64,000 nucleotides of DNA. Origin: an uncultured delta proteobacterium (lineage in GTDB: Bacteria; Desulfobacterota; Desulfobacteria; Desulfobacterales; Desulfatirhabdiaceae). The stretch lies in the NCBI GenBank assembly GCA_963789395.1, contig CAWBKP010000021.1:32001-96000 (forward strand), written 5' to 3'. Below the pieces are notes generated by a model. That model was given only the letters and a program-made list of their open reading frames with translations. It made no database searches and was not told the origin of the DNA. Positions 1 to 9,621 of this stretch are shown here, piece by piece; positions within the stretch are counted from its first letter, which is position 1; each line of letters starts with the position of its first letter. The position numbers and the translations under genes were made by a program.

Positions 1-378
1 CCCGTGGATTTTGCATCGGACGGCCTGTTTGTCTGCGGTCTGGCCCATTATCCCAAGTCGCTGGATGAAAGCATTGCCCAGGCAATGGCTGCTGCCGGAC
101 GTGCCGCCACGGTTCTGGCCAGAACCTCCATCCAGATATCCCCGCTGGTCTCTCAGGTCAACCGGGATCTGTGTATCGGTTGCGGCCTGTGTACCGAAGT
201 CTGCCCCTTTGGCGCCATTATTCAGGAAGATGTGGATGGCAAGGGCTTTAAAGCCAAAAACATTTCCGCGTCCTGTAAGGGATGCGGGCTTTGCGCTTCG
301 TCCTGCCCGAAGAAGGCCATTGATATGCTGCATTTCCGGGATGATCAGATCGTTGCGGCTGTCTGTGCGGCAGTTTAA
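1..378 (+). CDS. hdrA: Heterodisulfide reductase subunit A family protein, C-terminal part (5' end outside window)
   Basis: GLFVCGLAHYPKSLDESIAQA motif followed by two CxxCxxCxxxCP ferredoxin motifs; parallels the C-terminus of the HdrA at 1302-4331. Confidence 0.9.
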   Translation, partial: PVDFASDGLFVCGLAHYPKSLDESIAQAMAAAGRAATVLARTSIQISPLVSQVNRDLCIGCGLCTEVCPFGAIIQEDVDGKGFKAKNISASCKGCGLCASSCPKKAIDMLHFRDDQIVAAVCAAV

Positions 379-417
379 CGCAGGTGAATTATTAATCATT
401 ATCCAAAAGGTGTAAAT

Positions 418-1167
418 ATGGAACAAGCTGAACCCAAAATCGTTGCGTTTCTCTGTAACTGGTGCGCCTATGCCGGAGCTGACCTGGCAGGGGTGTCCAG
501 GCTTCAGCACTCTTCGAACATGAGAACCGTCCGGGTCATGTGTTCGGGGCGCGTGGATCCGCTCTTTATTGTTCAGGCACTGAAAAGCGGGTGCGACGGG
601 GTTCTGGTGGCCGGCTGACATTTCGGCGACTGCCATTACCTGGAAGGTAATATCCAAGCTGAAAAAAAGATTCTCATGACCCAAAAACTGCTGAAACTCT
701 CCGGGATCGGCGAGGGACGGCTTCACCTGGCATGGCTTTCTTCCGCCGAAGCCCAGCGGTTTGTCGATATATCTTCATCGGTTATCGACGATGTCAAGTC
801 CCAGGGAAAATTCGATGCCGAGCTGTTTTCTATGGAGCTGGCTGCTGCCGAAGAAACACTGAAAGCCGAAACCCTGCGCTGGATGGTCGGAAAAGAAGTG
901 AAACTGCTGGCCAGAGGTGATGTGTACGGCCGCAAATGGGAAAAGGCGCGATTTGAGGCGATTCTGGATGACGTGCTGGAAAGGGAATATCACATGCAGT
1001 TGATTCGCCAGGCTATCCTTGCCGGGCATACTTCCGTCAGAGCCATCAGCCAGCGAATCGGACTGAATCTAAAACGGATTTCCTATCTGCTGGCGGATAT
1101 GGAAAAGACAAATATGGTCGAATTCAAAGGGCATACGGAGTGTGTTCCGGTGTTCGGAGCGTTATAA
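418..1167 (+). CDS. mvhD: MvhD/FlpD [2Fe-2S] subunit, selenoprotein (TGA 616-618 = Sec), with C-terminal winged-helix-like extension, 249 aa
   Basis: ORFs 418-618 and 676-1167 share a frame; read-through gives FLCNWCAY...RVMCSGRVD...GVLVAG-U-HFGDCHYLEGN, matching the GCHxGDCHY motif. Confidence 0.92.
619..663 (+). promoter_or_regulatory. Putative bacterial SECIS element for TGA 616-618
   Basis: Stem ATTACCT(635-641)/AGGTAAT(645-651) with GGA loop 23 nt after the TGA; basal pairing TTCGGC(622-627)/GCTGAA(658-663). Confidence 0.75.
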
Positions 1168-1301
1168 AAACGGCTGAAGGCAGAATGCTTTTATCATTAT
1201 TTGCATTCGGCCTGTTGCCTGCTTATACTTACTACTGCTGAAATAATAAAGTAACATCACGTCTAACATAGCGTAGCGTTCTCTGCGCTAGAGGAGTTAT
1301 C

Positions 1302-4300
1302 ATGGGATCGGTTCATGGCAAGACAAGTGGATCAGTGATGGTCGTGGGTGCCGGTATTGCCGGTATGCAGGCTGCGCTGGATCTGGCCAATTCAGATTAT
1401 TATGTGCATCTCGTTGATAAGCTGCCGACGGTCGGGGGCATGATGGCCCGGCTGGACAAGACCTTTCCGACCAATGACTGCGCGATGTGAGTGATCTCAC
1501 CCAAACTGGTCGAGGTCGGCCGGCATCTGAACATCAATATCATCACCAACAGCGAAATTAAAACAGTCGAAGGAGAGCCCGGGGATTTTACCGTCACCCT
1601 GGTCAACCACCCCCGTTACATTGATCCGGTCAAATGCACGGGCTGCGGGGAATGCGCCCGGCACTGCCCGGTCACCGCGGTCAACCGCTACAACAAGGGG
1701 CTTGACGATAGGCGGGCCACCTTCATCGAATATCCGCAGGCAGTTCCCTTGGCTTTCGGCATCGACACCGACACCTGTATCGGGTGCGGGCTATGTGAAA
1801 ACATGTGCGTCGCTAAAGCCATTGTGTATGATGACACCGAGCGGGAGTCCGCACTGACCGTCGGCTCCATCATTCTTGCCTCCGGCAGTCAGGGATATGA
1901 TCCTTCCAAGCTGGATTTTCTGGGGTATGGCAAATCCGCCAACGTCGTCACCAGCGAGGAATTCGAACGCATTTTGAGCGCTTCGGGCCCGTATCGGGGG
2001 CACCTGTGCCGGCCTCTGGACCGGGAAGAACCCAAAAAGATCGCCTGGCTCCAGTGCATCGGATCCCGGGATACCAATAAATGCGGAAACGGTTACTGCT
2101 CCTCGGTCTGCTGCATGTATGCGGTCAAGGAAGCCATGATCGCCAAGGAACATGCCCACTGCGATCTGGATTGCGCCATCTTCAACATGGACATCCGCAC
2201 CTTCGGCAAGGATTATGAAAAATATTACCTGAGGGCCAAAGACAAGGACGGGGTCCGGTTCATCAAGTCCAGGGTCCATACGGTTACCGAAATTCCGGAA
2301 ACCGGGGACCTGGCCGTTCGATACGTGAATGAGGCAGGAGAGACGCTGGAAGAAACGTTCAGCATGGTGGTGCTTTCAGTCGGGCTTCAGGTGCCTGAAA
2401 CCTCAAAAATTCTGGCCCAGCAGCTGGGAATCGAATTGGATCAGTACAATTTTGTTCAAACCGATCCTTTCACGCCTGTAGCCACATCCCGGAAAGGGGT
2501 GTATACCTGCGGGGTGTTTCAGGGGCCCAAGGACATTCCCGGCTCCATCACCGAGGCAAGCGCGGCAGCCTGCGCGGCAGGCTCAGATCTTAGCGTGGCC
2601 CGCGGCACCGATACCAAGGTCATCGAGATGCCGGATCAGCAGGATGTGGCAGCGGAAACACCGCGGATCGGGGTCTTTGTCTGCAACTGCGGCATCAATA
2701 TCGGCGGCGTTGTGAATGTTCCTGCGGTCGCCGAATATGCTGCTGGCCTGCCATATGTGGCCTATACGGATCAGAACCTGTTCACCTGTTCTCAGGATAC
2801 TCAGGACAAGATCAAGGAAAAGATCATCGAGCACAAGCTGAACCGCGTGGTTGTGGCATCCTGCAGTCCCAAGACCCACGAGCAGATGTTCATGGAAACC
2901 CTGGAGGCCTGCGGACTGAACCGCTATCTCTTTGAAATGGCCAACATCCGCAATCAGAATTCCTGGATTCATTCCAAGACGCCGGAAATCGCCACCCAGA
3001 AGGCCAAGGATCTGGTTCGAATGGCCGTGGCCCGCTCCGCAACGCTCAAGCAGCTCAAGGAAAAAGTCATTTCCGTCAACAAGCAGGCCCTGGTTATCGG
3101 CGGCGGCGTTGCCGGAATGAATGCGGCCCTGGGGCTGGGAAAACAGGGATTCCAGGTGGCGCTTCTTGAAAAAGAGACCTCGCTGGGAGGCTACTCCCGG
3201 ATGCTGCACCATACCATTGAAGGCGGAGATATTCAGGCGTATCTGAACGATTTGATCGTGGAGGTTACAACCCACGATAAAATCGAAGTGATTACGGGCG
3301 CCCGGGTGACGGACTTCAGCGGATATAAGGGAAATTTCTCAACCACCGTTCTGGTCGGCCCGGAAAACGAAAAGCGCACCATCAAGCACGGCATCATCAT
3401 TGTCGCCACCGGCGCCAGGGAATATATGCCCAAGGAATATTGTTTTAATCAGGATCCGCGGGTGGTGACGCAGGTTCAGCTCGGGGATATCCTGGAGGAA
3501 AAAGGCGCCGGTGATCTGTCATCGGTGGTCATGATCCAGTGTGTGGGTTCCAGAAACGAGGAAAATGTAAACTGCTCCCGGATCTGCTGCCAGAATGCGG
3601 TTAAAAACGCCTTGATCATCAAGAAACAGAACCCAGAAACCAATGTGTTTGTGCTGTACCGGGATATTCGGACCTACGGCTTGATGGAAGACTTTTACAA
3701 GGAAGCCCGTAATCTGGGGGTTATCTTCATCCGGTTTGAAGCGGACCATCCGCCTCTGGTTGCACCTGGTGCAGATGGCATGATGGTGACGGTAAAAGAC
3801 CATATCCTGAGACGGGATCTGGAGATTCAGGCCGATCTGGTGGTCCTGAGCGCCGGCATGGTGGCTGAAGACACCACCGAGCTTTGCAGCATCATGAAAT
3901 TCAACCGCAACCCGGAAGGTTTTTTCATCGAAGCCCATGTCAAGCTGCGCCCCGTGGATATGCCGGGAGACGGCATATTTCTTTGCGGAACGGCCCATGG
4001 TCCCAAACTGATAACAGAAACCATCGCCCAGGCCCAGGCAGCAGCTTCCCGGGCCACGACGTTTTTATCCAAATCCGAAATCAAACTTTCGGCCATTACC
4101 GCCCAAGTGGATACGGAACACTGCGTAAAATGCCTGACCTGTGTCAGGTCCTGTCCCTTCAACGTGCCGGTCTTTAATACCGAAAAACAGGTCATTGAAA
4201 TAGATGAGGCCATCTGCCACGGATGCGGCATATGCGCCGGCGTATGCCCCAGGGAGACGATTCAGCTCAATTATTATGAAAATGATCAGATACTATGTAA

Positions 4301-4331
4301 AATTGATGCCTTGTTGGCGGGGGGGATGTGA
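1302..4331 (+). CDS. hdrA: Large HdrA family flavoprotein with two HdrA modules, selenoprotein (TGA 1488-1490 = Sec), about 1009 aa
   Basis: RBS GAGGAG at 1291; ORFs 1302-1490 and 1491-4331 are contiguous in frame, giving LDKTFPTNDCAM-U-VISPKL; two GxGxxG FAD motifs, two CxGSR...CSxxCC motifs, four ferredoxin motifs. Confidence 0.95.
1491..1523 (+). promoter_or_regulatory. Putative SECIS element for TGA 1488-1490
   Basis: Stem CTGGTCG(1506-1512)/CGGCCGG(1517-1523) with G-U pairs and AGGT loop 22 nt after the TGA. Confidence 0.7.
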
Positions 4332-4765
4332 TGGCCGAATTTGAACCAACCATTATCACATTTTGCTGCGATTATTGAGGGTATTCAGCCGCGGACCTGG
4401 CAGGTTCGATGCGACTCGATTATCCGGCAAATATTAAAATCATCCGGGTACCCTGTACCGGGAAAGTGGATTTGATGTACCTGCTGAGCGCGATTCAGAA
4501 AGGCGCTGACGGCGTTTATGTAGTAGGCTGCCTGGAAGGTTCCTGTCATTACAAAGAGGGAAATTTCAAGGCCAGACAGCGGGTGGAACAGGCCCGCGCT
4601 TTGCTTGAGGAAGTCGGTCTGGAAGGGGATCGCGTTCGCATGTACAATCTTTCTTCCGGTGAAGGACCGACATTTGCGGCGTATGCAAAAGAAATGACGG
4701 AACATATAAAGGTGCTGGGGCCCAATCCATTAAAAAAACGGGTGGAACATCCTGCAAAAGCATAA
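4331..4765 (+). CDS. mvhD: MvhD/FlpD [2Fe-2S] subunit, selenoprotein (TGA 4376-4378 = Sec), 144 aa
   Basis: ATG 4331 overlaps the hdrA stop (TGATG); MAEFEPTIITFCCDY-U-GYSAADLAGSM runs in frame into ORF 4409-4765 (RVPCTGKVD, GCLEGSCHY). Confidence 0.92.
4379..4408 (+). promoter_or_regulatory. Putative SECIS element for TGA 4376-4378
   Basis: Stem CGGACCT(4392-4398)/AGGTTCG(4402-4408) with GGC loop 20 nt after the TGA. Confidence 0.7.
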
Positions 4766-4780
4766 CCTAAGGAGTAGATC

Positions 4781-6098
4781 ATGGCAGAGGAAGCAATCAA
4801 ACTAGGCGGTAAAAAGAAAAGTATGTTCATCGACAAAGTCAAGGAGATTATCCCGGACGGGGGAAATCTGAATCTTTGTCTGACCTGCGGGGCCTGCTCT
4901 TCCGGGTGTCCTGCGACGGGACTTGAGGGAATGGATCCCCGAAAATTCCTGCGCATGGCGGCGCTGGGGATGGATGAGGAAATCATCAAATCGGACTGGC
5001 CCTGGATGTGTACGATGTGCCAGCGCTGCATCTATGTCTGTCCGATGAAGATAGACATTCCGCAGCTCGTATACAATGCCCGCGGCTGCAGACCCCGGGA
5101 TCAGCGTCCCAAAGGCATTCTGGGGTCCTGTGATATGGCGCTTCGAAACGACAGCACCAGCGCCATGGGAACATCTCCGGACGATTTTATCTTTGTGGTG
5201 CAGGATGTGCTGGAGGAGTTCAGGGAAGCGCAGCCGGAATTTGCAGACATGGAGGCGCCCATTGATAAAGAGGGTGCGGAATTCTTTTTGAATCAGAATT
5301 CCAGGGAGCCCGTGACCGAACCCAATGAAATGGTTCCTTTATGGAAAATACTCCATCTTGCCGGGGCGGACTGGACGTATGGCAGCCATGGCTGGGCCGG
5401 AGAAAACTATTGCCTGTTTCTGGCGGATAATGATTCCTGGGAGAAAATACCCGAACAACGGTCAATCAGGCCAATAAGCTGGGGTGTAAGATCTTTCTCA
5501 ATACCGAGTGAGGGCACGTCACATTCTCAGTCCGGGCCGGACTGAAAAAATTCAACATCGAACACAATTTTGAAGTCAAGAACATCTATGAATATTATGC
5601 CAAATGGATCCGTGAAGGAAAACTGAAGGTCAATTCCGACTGGAACAAGGATTTGAAGATCAAGTTCACGGTTCAGGATCCCTGCCAGATCGTTAGAAAG
5701 ACCTTTGGCGATCCCATTGCCGAAGATCTTCGATTCGTGGTCAAATCCGTAGTGGGTGAAGAAAATTTTATCGACATGCAGCCCAACAAATCGAATAACT
5801 ACTGCTGCGGCGGCGGTGGCGGATTCCTGCAGTCCGGATTCAAGGACCAGCGTCTGTTATATGGAAAGCTCAAAGATGAGCAGATCAAAGCACGGGAGCG
5901 GACTACTGCATTGCCGGATGTCACAACTGCCATGCCCAGATTCACGAACTGAGCGAGCATTATGGCGGACACTATCCGGTCGTCCATCTCTGGACCCTCA
6001 TCTGCCTTTCTCTGGGAGTACTCGGACCGAACGAACGGGAATACTTGGGAGATGATCTGAAAGAAGTGAATGTATTCCATCCGGAGACGGCCGAATAA
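4781..6098 (+). CDS. HdrD/GlpC-like Fe-S oxidoreductase (HdrC-like 2x[4Fe-4S] plus CCG domains), selenoprotein (TGA 5509-5511); two apparent 1-nt frameshifts (about 5450 and 5890)
   Basis: CLTCGACSSGCP and CTMCQRCIYVCP; after the first shift KLGCKIFLNTE-U-GH (ECGH motif), then QDPCQ and YCCGGGGG; after the second shift TGADYCIAGCHNCHAQI to TAA 6096-6098. Confidence 0.88.
5512..5545 (+). promoter_or_regulatory. Putative SECIS element for TGA 5509-5511
   Basis: Perfect 8-bp stem TCAGTCCG(5527-5534)/CGGACTGA(5538-5545) with GGC loop 23 nt after the TGA. Confidence 0.8.
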
Positions 6099-6113
6099 TA
6101 TAAAGGAGGGCAT

Positions 6114-6792
6114 ATGATCGTTGCCAAACGAAAACCGTTTGAAGAAATCAAGCAGCTTCTCAAGGGCTATAAAAAAGTCCTGAACGTGGGATGCGGAACC
6201 TGCGTCGCGGTCTGCCTGGCCGGCGGTGAAAAAGAAGTTTCCGTATTGAATGCGGAGCTGGATATGGCCAGAAGAATCGATGACAACCCGATCGAGATAT
6301 CCGGGATAACCATCGAGCGCCAGTGCGACCGGGAATATCTGGAAGCGCTGGATGCAAAAGTCGGCGAGTACGAGGCCCTGCTGTCCATGGCCTGCGGCGC
6401 CGGCATTCAGTTTCTGGCGGAACGCTATCCCAATATCCCGGTGCTGCCGGCGGTGGATACCACGTTTATCGGCGTGAATCAGGCCGTGGGCTGGTACGAG
6501 GAAAGATGCCGGTCTTGCAGCAGCTGCGTTCTGGGGCAAACCGGCGGTATCTGTCCGGTGACCATGTGCGCCAAAGGGCCTCTATAACGGCCCCTGCGGC
6601 GGCACCAATAAGGGAAACTGCGAAATAGATCCCAACCAGCCTTGCGCCTGGTATGCGATTTACGAGCGTTTAAAGGGCCAGGGTCGCCTGGAATGCATTC
6701 TGGAAATCACCCCGGCCAATGACTGGCAGAACCAGATACCACGAACCGTCATTCAGCCCGGTTACAGCAAACCGGAAACAGCCGGAAAATAA
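6114..6792 (+). CDS. metV: MetV, Cys-rich methylene-THF reductase partner subunit; apparent frameshift about 6575
   Basis: GCGTCVAVCLAGG, ERQCD, MACGAG, ERCRSCSSCVLG, GGICPVTMCAK; continues in the alternate frame as GLYNGPCGG...CEIDPNQPCAW to TAA 6790-6792. Confidence 0.9.
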
Positions 6793-6805
6793 TGAGGAAG
6801 CCGAT

Positions 6806-7732
6806 ATGAAATCAGGAAGCAATTTAGAAAAAATCTTAAAGGCTGGTCATTTTGCATTTACGGGCGAACTGGGGCCGCCCAGGGGAACCGGCATGGATGA
6901 GGTCAAACACAAAGCCTCTTTCTTGAAGGGGATGGTGGATGCCGTCAACATTACGGACAACCAGACCGCCGTGGTTCGCATGGCGAGCTGGGCCGCCTCC
7001 CTGATCGTGCTTCAGGAAGGCCTTGAGCCCAATTACCAGATGGTGTGCCGCGATCGAAACCGACTGGCCATGCAGAGCGATATTCTGGGTGCCTACACCC
7101 TTGGTATTCGAAACATGCTGTGTCTGTCCGGAGACCATCAGAAGTTCGGGGATCATCCGCAGGCCAAGGGCGTTTTTGACATCGATTCCATGCAGCTCAT
7201 TTCCATGGTCAAAAACATGCGCGATGAAGGCAAGTTTCTGGGTGGAACGGAAATCGAGCATCCGCCGAAAATCTTTATCGGCGCGGCAGCCAATCCCTTT
7301 GCCGATCCGTTTGAGTGGCGGGTGCATCGTCTGGCCAAGAAAGTTGCGGCCGGCGTGGATTTTATTCAGACCCAGTGCATCTACAACATGGAAAAATTCC
7401 GCAACTTCATCAAGATGGCCAATGACATGGGACTTACCGAAAAAGTGTATATCCTTGCAGGGGTTACGCCCATGAAGAGCGTGGGTATGGCAAGATATAT
7501 GAAAGCAAAGGTTCCGGGCATGGATGTGCCAGATGAGATCATCAAGCGGCTTCAGGGTGTTGACAAGACAAAGGTTGCCGATGAAGGCATCAAGATCGCC
7601 TGTGAGCAGATCGAAGAATTCAAGGAGCTCAAGGGCGTGGCCGGCGTTCACCTGATGGCCATTGAGTGGGAGCACAAGGTTCCGGAAATCGCCGAAAGAG
7701 CGAAAGTTCTTCCCAGGCCGGTTGTGGACTGA
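6806..7732 (+). CDS. metF: 5,10-methylenetetrahydrofolate reductase
   Basis: ELGPPRG, NITDNQ, VCRDRNR, LCLSGD, FIQTQ, GVHLMA motifs; RBS GAGG before ATG 6806. Confidence 0.95.
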   Translation: MKSGSNLEKILKAGHFAFTGELGPPRGTGMDEVKHKASFLKGMVDAVNITDNQTAVVRMASWAASLIVLQEGLEPNYQMVCRDRNRLAMQSDILGAYTLGIRNMLCLSGDHQKFGDHPQAKGVFDIDSMQLISMVKNMRDEGKFLGGTEIEHPPKIFIGAAANPFADPFEWRVHRLAKKVAAGVDFIQTQCIYNMEKFRNFIKMANDMGLTEKVYILAGVTPMKSVGMARYMKAKVPGMDVPDEIIKRLQGVDKTKVADEGIKIACEQIEEFKELKGVAGVHLMAIEWEHKVPEIAERAKVLPRPVVD

Positions 7733-7755
7733 CGTTACCGGTAAATAAAAATGTC

Positions 7756-7792
7756 AAAAAACCCGAACCGGTTCGCCGGCTCGGGTTTTTTT
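7756..7792. terminator. Bidirectional intrinsic terminator after metF
   Basis: AAAAAACCCGAACCGG-TTCG-CCGGCTCGGGTTTTTTT hairpin flanked by A and T tracts, between convergent genes. Confidence 0.9.
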
Positions 7793-7898
7793 GTATTGAT
7801 AGCCGAGAGTGAACATGTTACCCGCCACATAACAGGGGATAAACGCAACGACTGTCTCGGGCTATAAAACCTTCAGCCCGAGCGCTCCGGAGGGGGGG

Positions 7899-8210
7899 TT
7901 AGACAGGACCGATTTTAAACCGGATGTCGTTAACCACGTTTTTATTGAGCATGGTGTTGATCTGCAGGATCATTTCTTTTTTGCTGAATTGCAGGTGATG
8001 GGTCCAGGCCGAACTGTTCACATGCACGATGAGAAGGGGGGCTTTATAAGCGGCGGGCCGGACATGCTCGGACAGGGACTTGCCGACAATGTCGTCCCAG
8101 AGGCTGCAGATGGCGATAAACGTGTCGATTTTATCCGTATGCATCGCTTTCATGGCTCTGGGTAAAATGAGGCTGATATGCTCAAGCGGTCTGGAAGTTG
8201 TATCTTTCAT
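7899..8210 (-). CDS. DUF721/DciA family protein
   Basis: WDDIVG...HVRP...LIVHVNSSAWTHHLQF...IRFKIG pattern, 103 aa. Confidence 0.8.
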   Translation of the reverse strand: MKDTTSRPLEHISLILPRAMKAMHTDKIDTFIAICSLWDDIVGKSLSEHVRPAAYKAPLLIVHVNSSAWTHHLQFSKKEMILQINTMLNKNVVNDIRFKIGPV

Positions 8211-8290
8211 GAATGTGATATTATGGGAATACCGGCTGTGATGTCAATGAAATTGAATCAAGAAGATGGAAATGACAGGGAGAATTCAAG

Positions 8291-9574
8291 ATGGAAACAG
8301 TGAGGCTCATTTATGGGGATAAAGTTTGTGAACTGCCGATCGTTGTCGGTACGGAAGGTGAAAAAGGAATCGATATTTCAAAACTGCGTCAGACCACCGG
8401 CCTGATAACCCTTGATCCGGGCTTTGCCAATACCGGAAGCTGCACCAGCGCCATCACGTTCATGGACGGAGAAAACGGCATCCTGCGATATCGCGGAATT
8501 CCGGTTGAAGATCTGGCGGAGCATTCCATTTTTACGGAGACAGCCTATCTGCTGATTAACGGAAAACTGCCGAACCGCCAGGAGCTGAATCAATTCTCCG
8601 TCCTTCTCAATGACAATTCCCTGATTCATGAGGATATGCAGTTCTTTTTCCAGAATTTTCCCAGGGCGTCCCATCCCATGGGAATCATGTCCGCGATGGT
8701 GACGGCACTGAGAAGCTTTTATCCGGAGCTGAAAATCAACGAAGAAGAAGAGATCAACCTGACGGTTACCCGCCTCTTGTCCAAGGTTCGCACCCTTGCC
8801 GCCATGTCATATAAAATATCCCGGGGCCACAAGGTGATTTATCCGCGGCCGGATCTGAACTACTGCGCCAATTTTCTGAACATGATGTTTGATAATCCGG
8901 TCAGGCCGTATCATATCGACAACACGCTGGTCAAAGCGCTGAATGTCTTCTGGATCCTGCACGCGGATCACGAACAGAACTGCTCGACCTCAACGGTTCG
9001 CATGGTCGGAAGCGGCCGGGTGAATCTTTATGCGGCGATCTCCGCAGGGGTTGCGGCGCTCTGGGGGCCGCTGCACGGGGGGGCGAACCAGGCGGTGATT
9101 GAAATGCTGGAAAGCATTTCAAAGAGCGGCGGGGATGTCACGCGGGCCATTGCGCGGGCAAAGGACAAAAACGATCCGTTCCGGCTGATGGGGTTTGGTC
9201 ACAGGGTGTATAAAACATACGATCCGCGCGCAAGAATCATGAAAATAATGTGCGACAAGGTACTGGACAAGTTACATATCAGTGATCCGCTGCTGGACAT
9301 CGCAAAACAGCTGGAGGATGCGGCGGTTACCGATGATTATTTTATCGAACACAATCTGTACCCGAACATCGATTTTTACAGCGGAATTGTGCTGCGCGCA
9401 ATGGGAATTCCCACCAACATGTTTACCGTGATGTTCGCCATCGGCAGGCTTCCGGGCTGGATTGCCCAGTGGAAGGAAAGTCTGGACGACCCCAACTGGC
9501 GGCTGAGCCGCCCGCGGCAGATTTATACCGGTCTATGCGAGACCCGATATACGCCGATCGATAAACGGGAGTAA
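8291..9574 (+). CDS. gltA: Citrate (Si)-synthase
   Basis: DPGFANT, LHADHEQNCST, GPLHGGAN, LMGFGHRVYK, YPNIDFYSG. Confidence 0.97.
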   Translation: METVRLIYGDKVCELPIVVGTEGEKGIDISKLRQTTGLITLDPGFANTGSCTSAITFMDGENGILRYRGIPVEDLAEHSIFTETAYLLINGKLPNRQELNQFSVLLNDNSLIHEDMQFFFQNFPRASHPMGIMSAMVTALRSFYPELKINEEEEINLTVTRLLSKVRTLAAMSYKISRGHKVIYPRPDLNYCANFLNMMFDNPVRPYHIDNTLVKALNVFWILHADHEQNCSTSTVRMVGSGRVNLYAAISAGVAALWGPLHGGANQAVIEMLESISKSGGDVTRAIARAKDKNDPFRLMGFGHRVYKTYDPRARIMKIMCDKVLDKLHISDPLLDIAKQLEDAAVTDDYFIEHNLYPNIDFYSGIVLRAMGIPTNMFTVMFAIGRLPGWIAQWKESLDDPNWRLSRPRQIYTGLCETRYTPIDKRE

Positions 9575-9581
9575 AGCAGAA

Positions 9582-9613
9582 AAAGGCTGAAGCATGACGT
9601 GTCTTCGGCCTTT
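9582..9613. terminator. Hairpin between convergent gltA and NlpC/P60 genes
   Basis: AAAGGCTGAAG...CTTCGGCCTTT inverted repeat. Confidence 0.6.
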
Positions 9614-9621
9614 ATCCGTTA

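Noticed and set aside
418..6098. Reading the hdr/mvh genes as pseudogenes or as genetic-code reassignment of TGA
   Set aside because: The TGAs fall only at conserved Cys sites with SECIS-like hairpins, while TGA is a normal stop elsewhere (hdrA 4331, metF 7732, gyrA)
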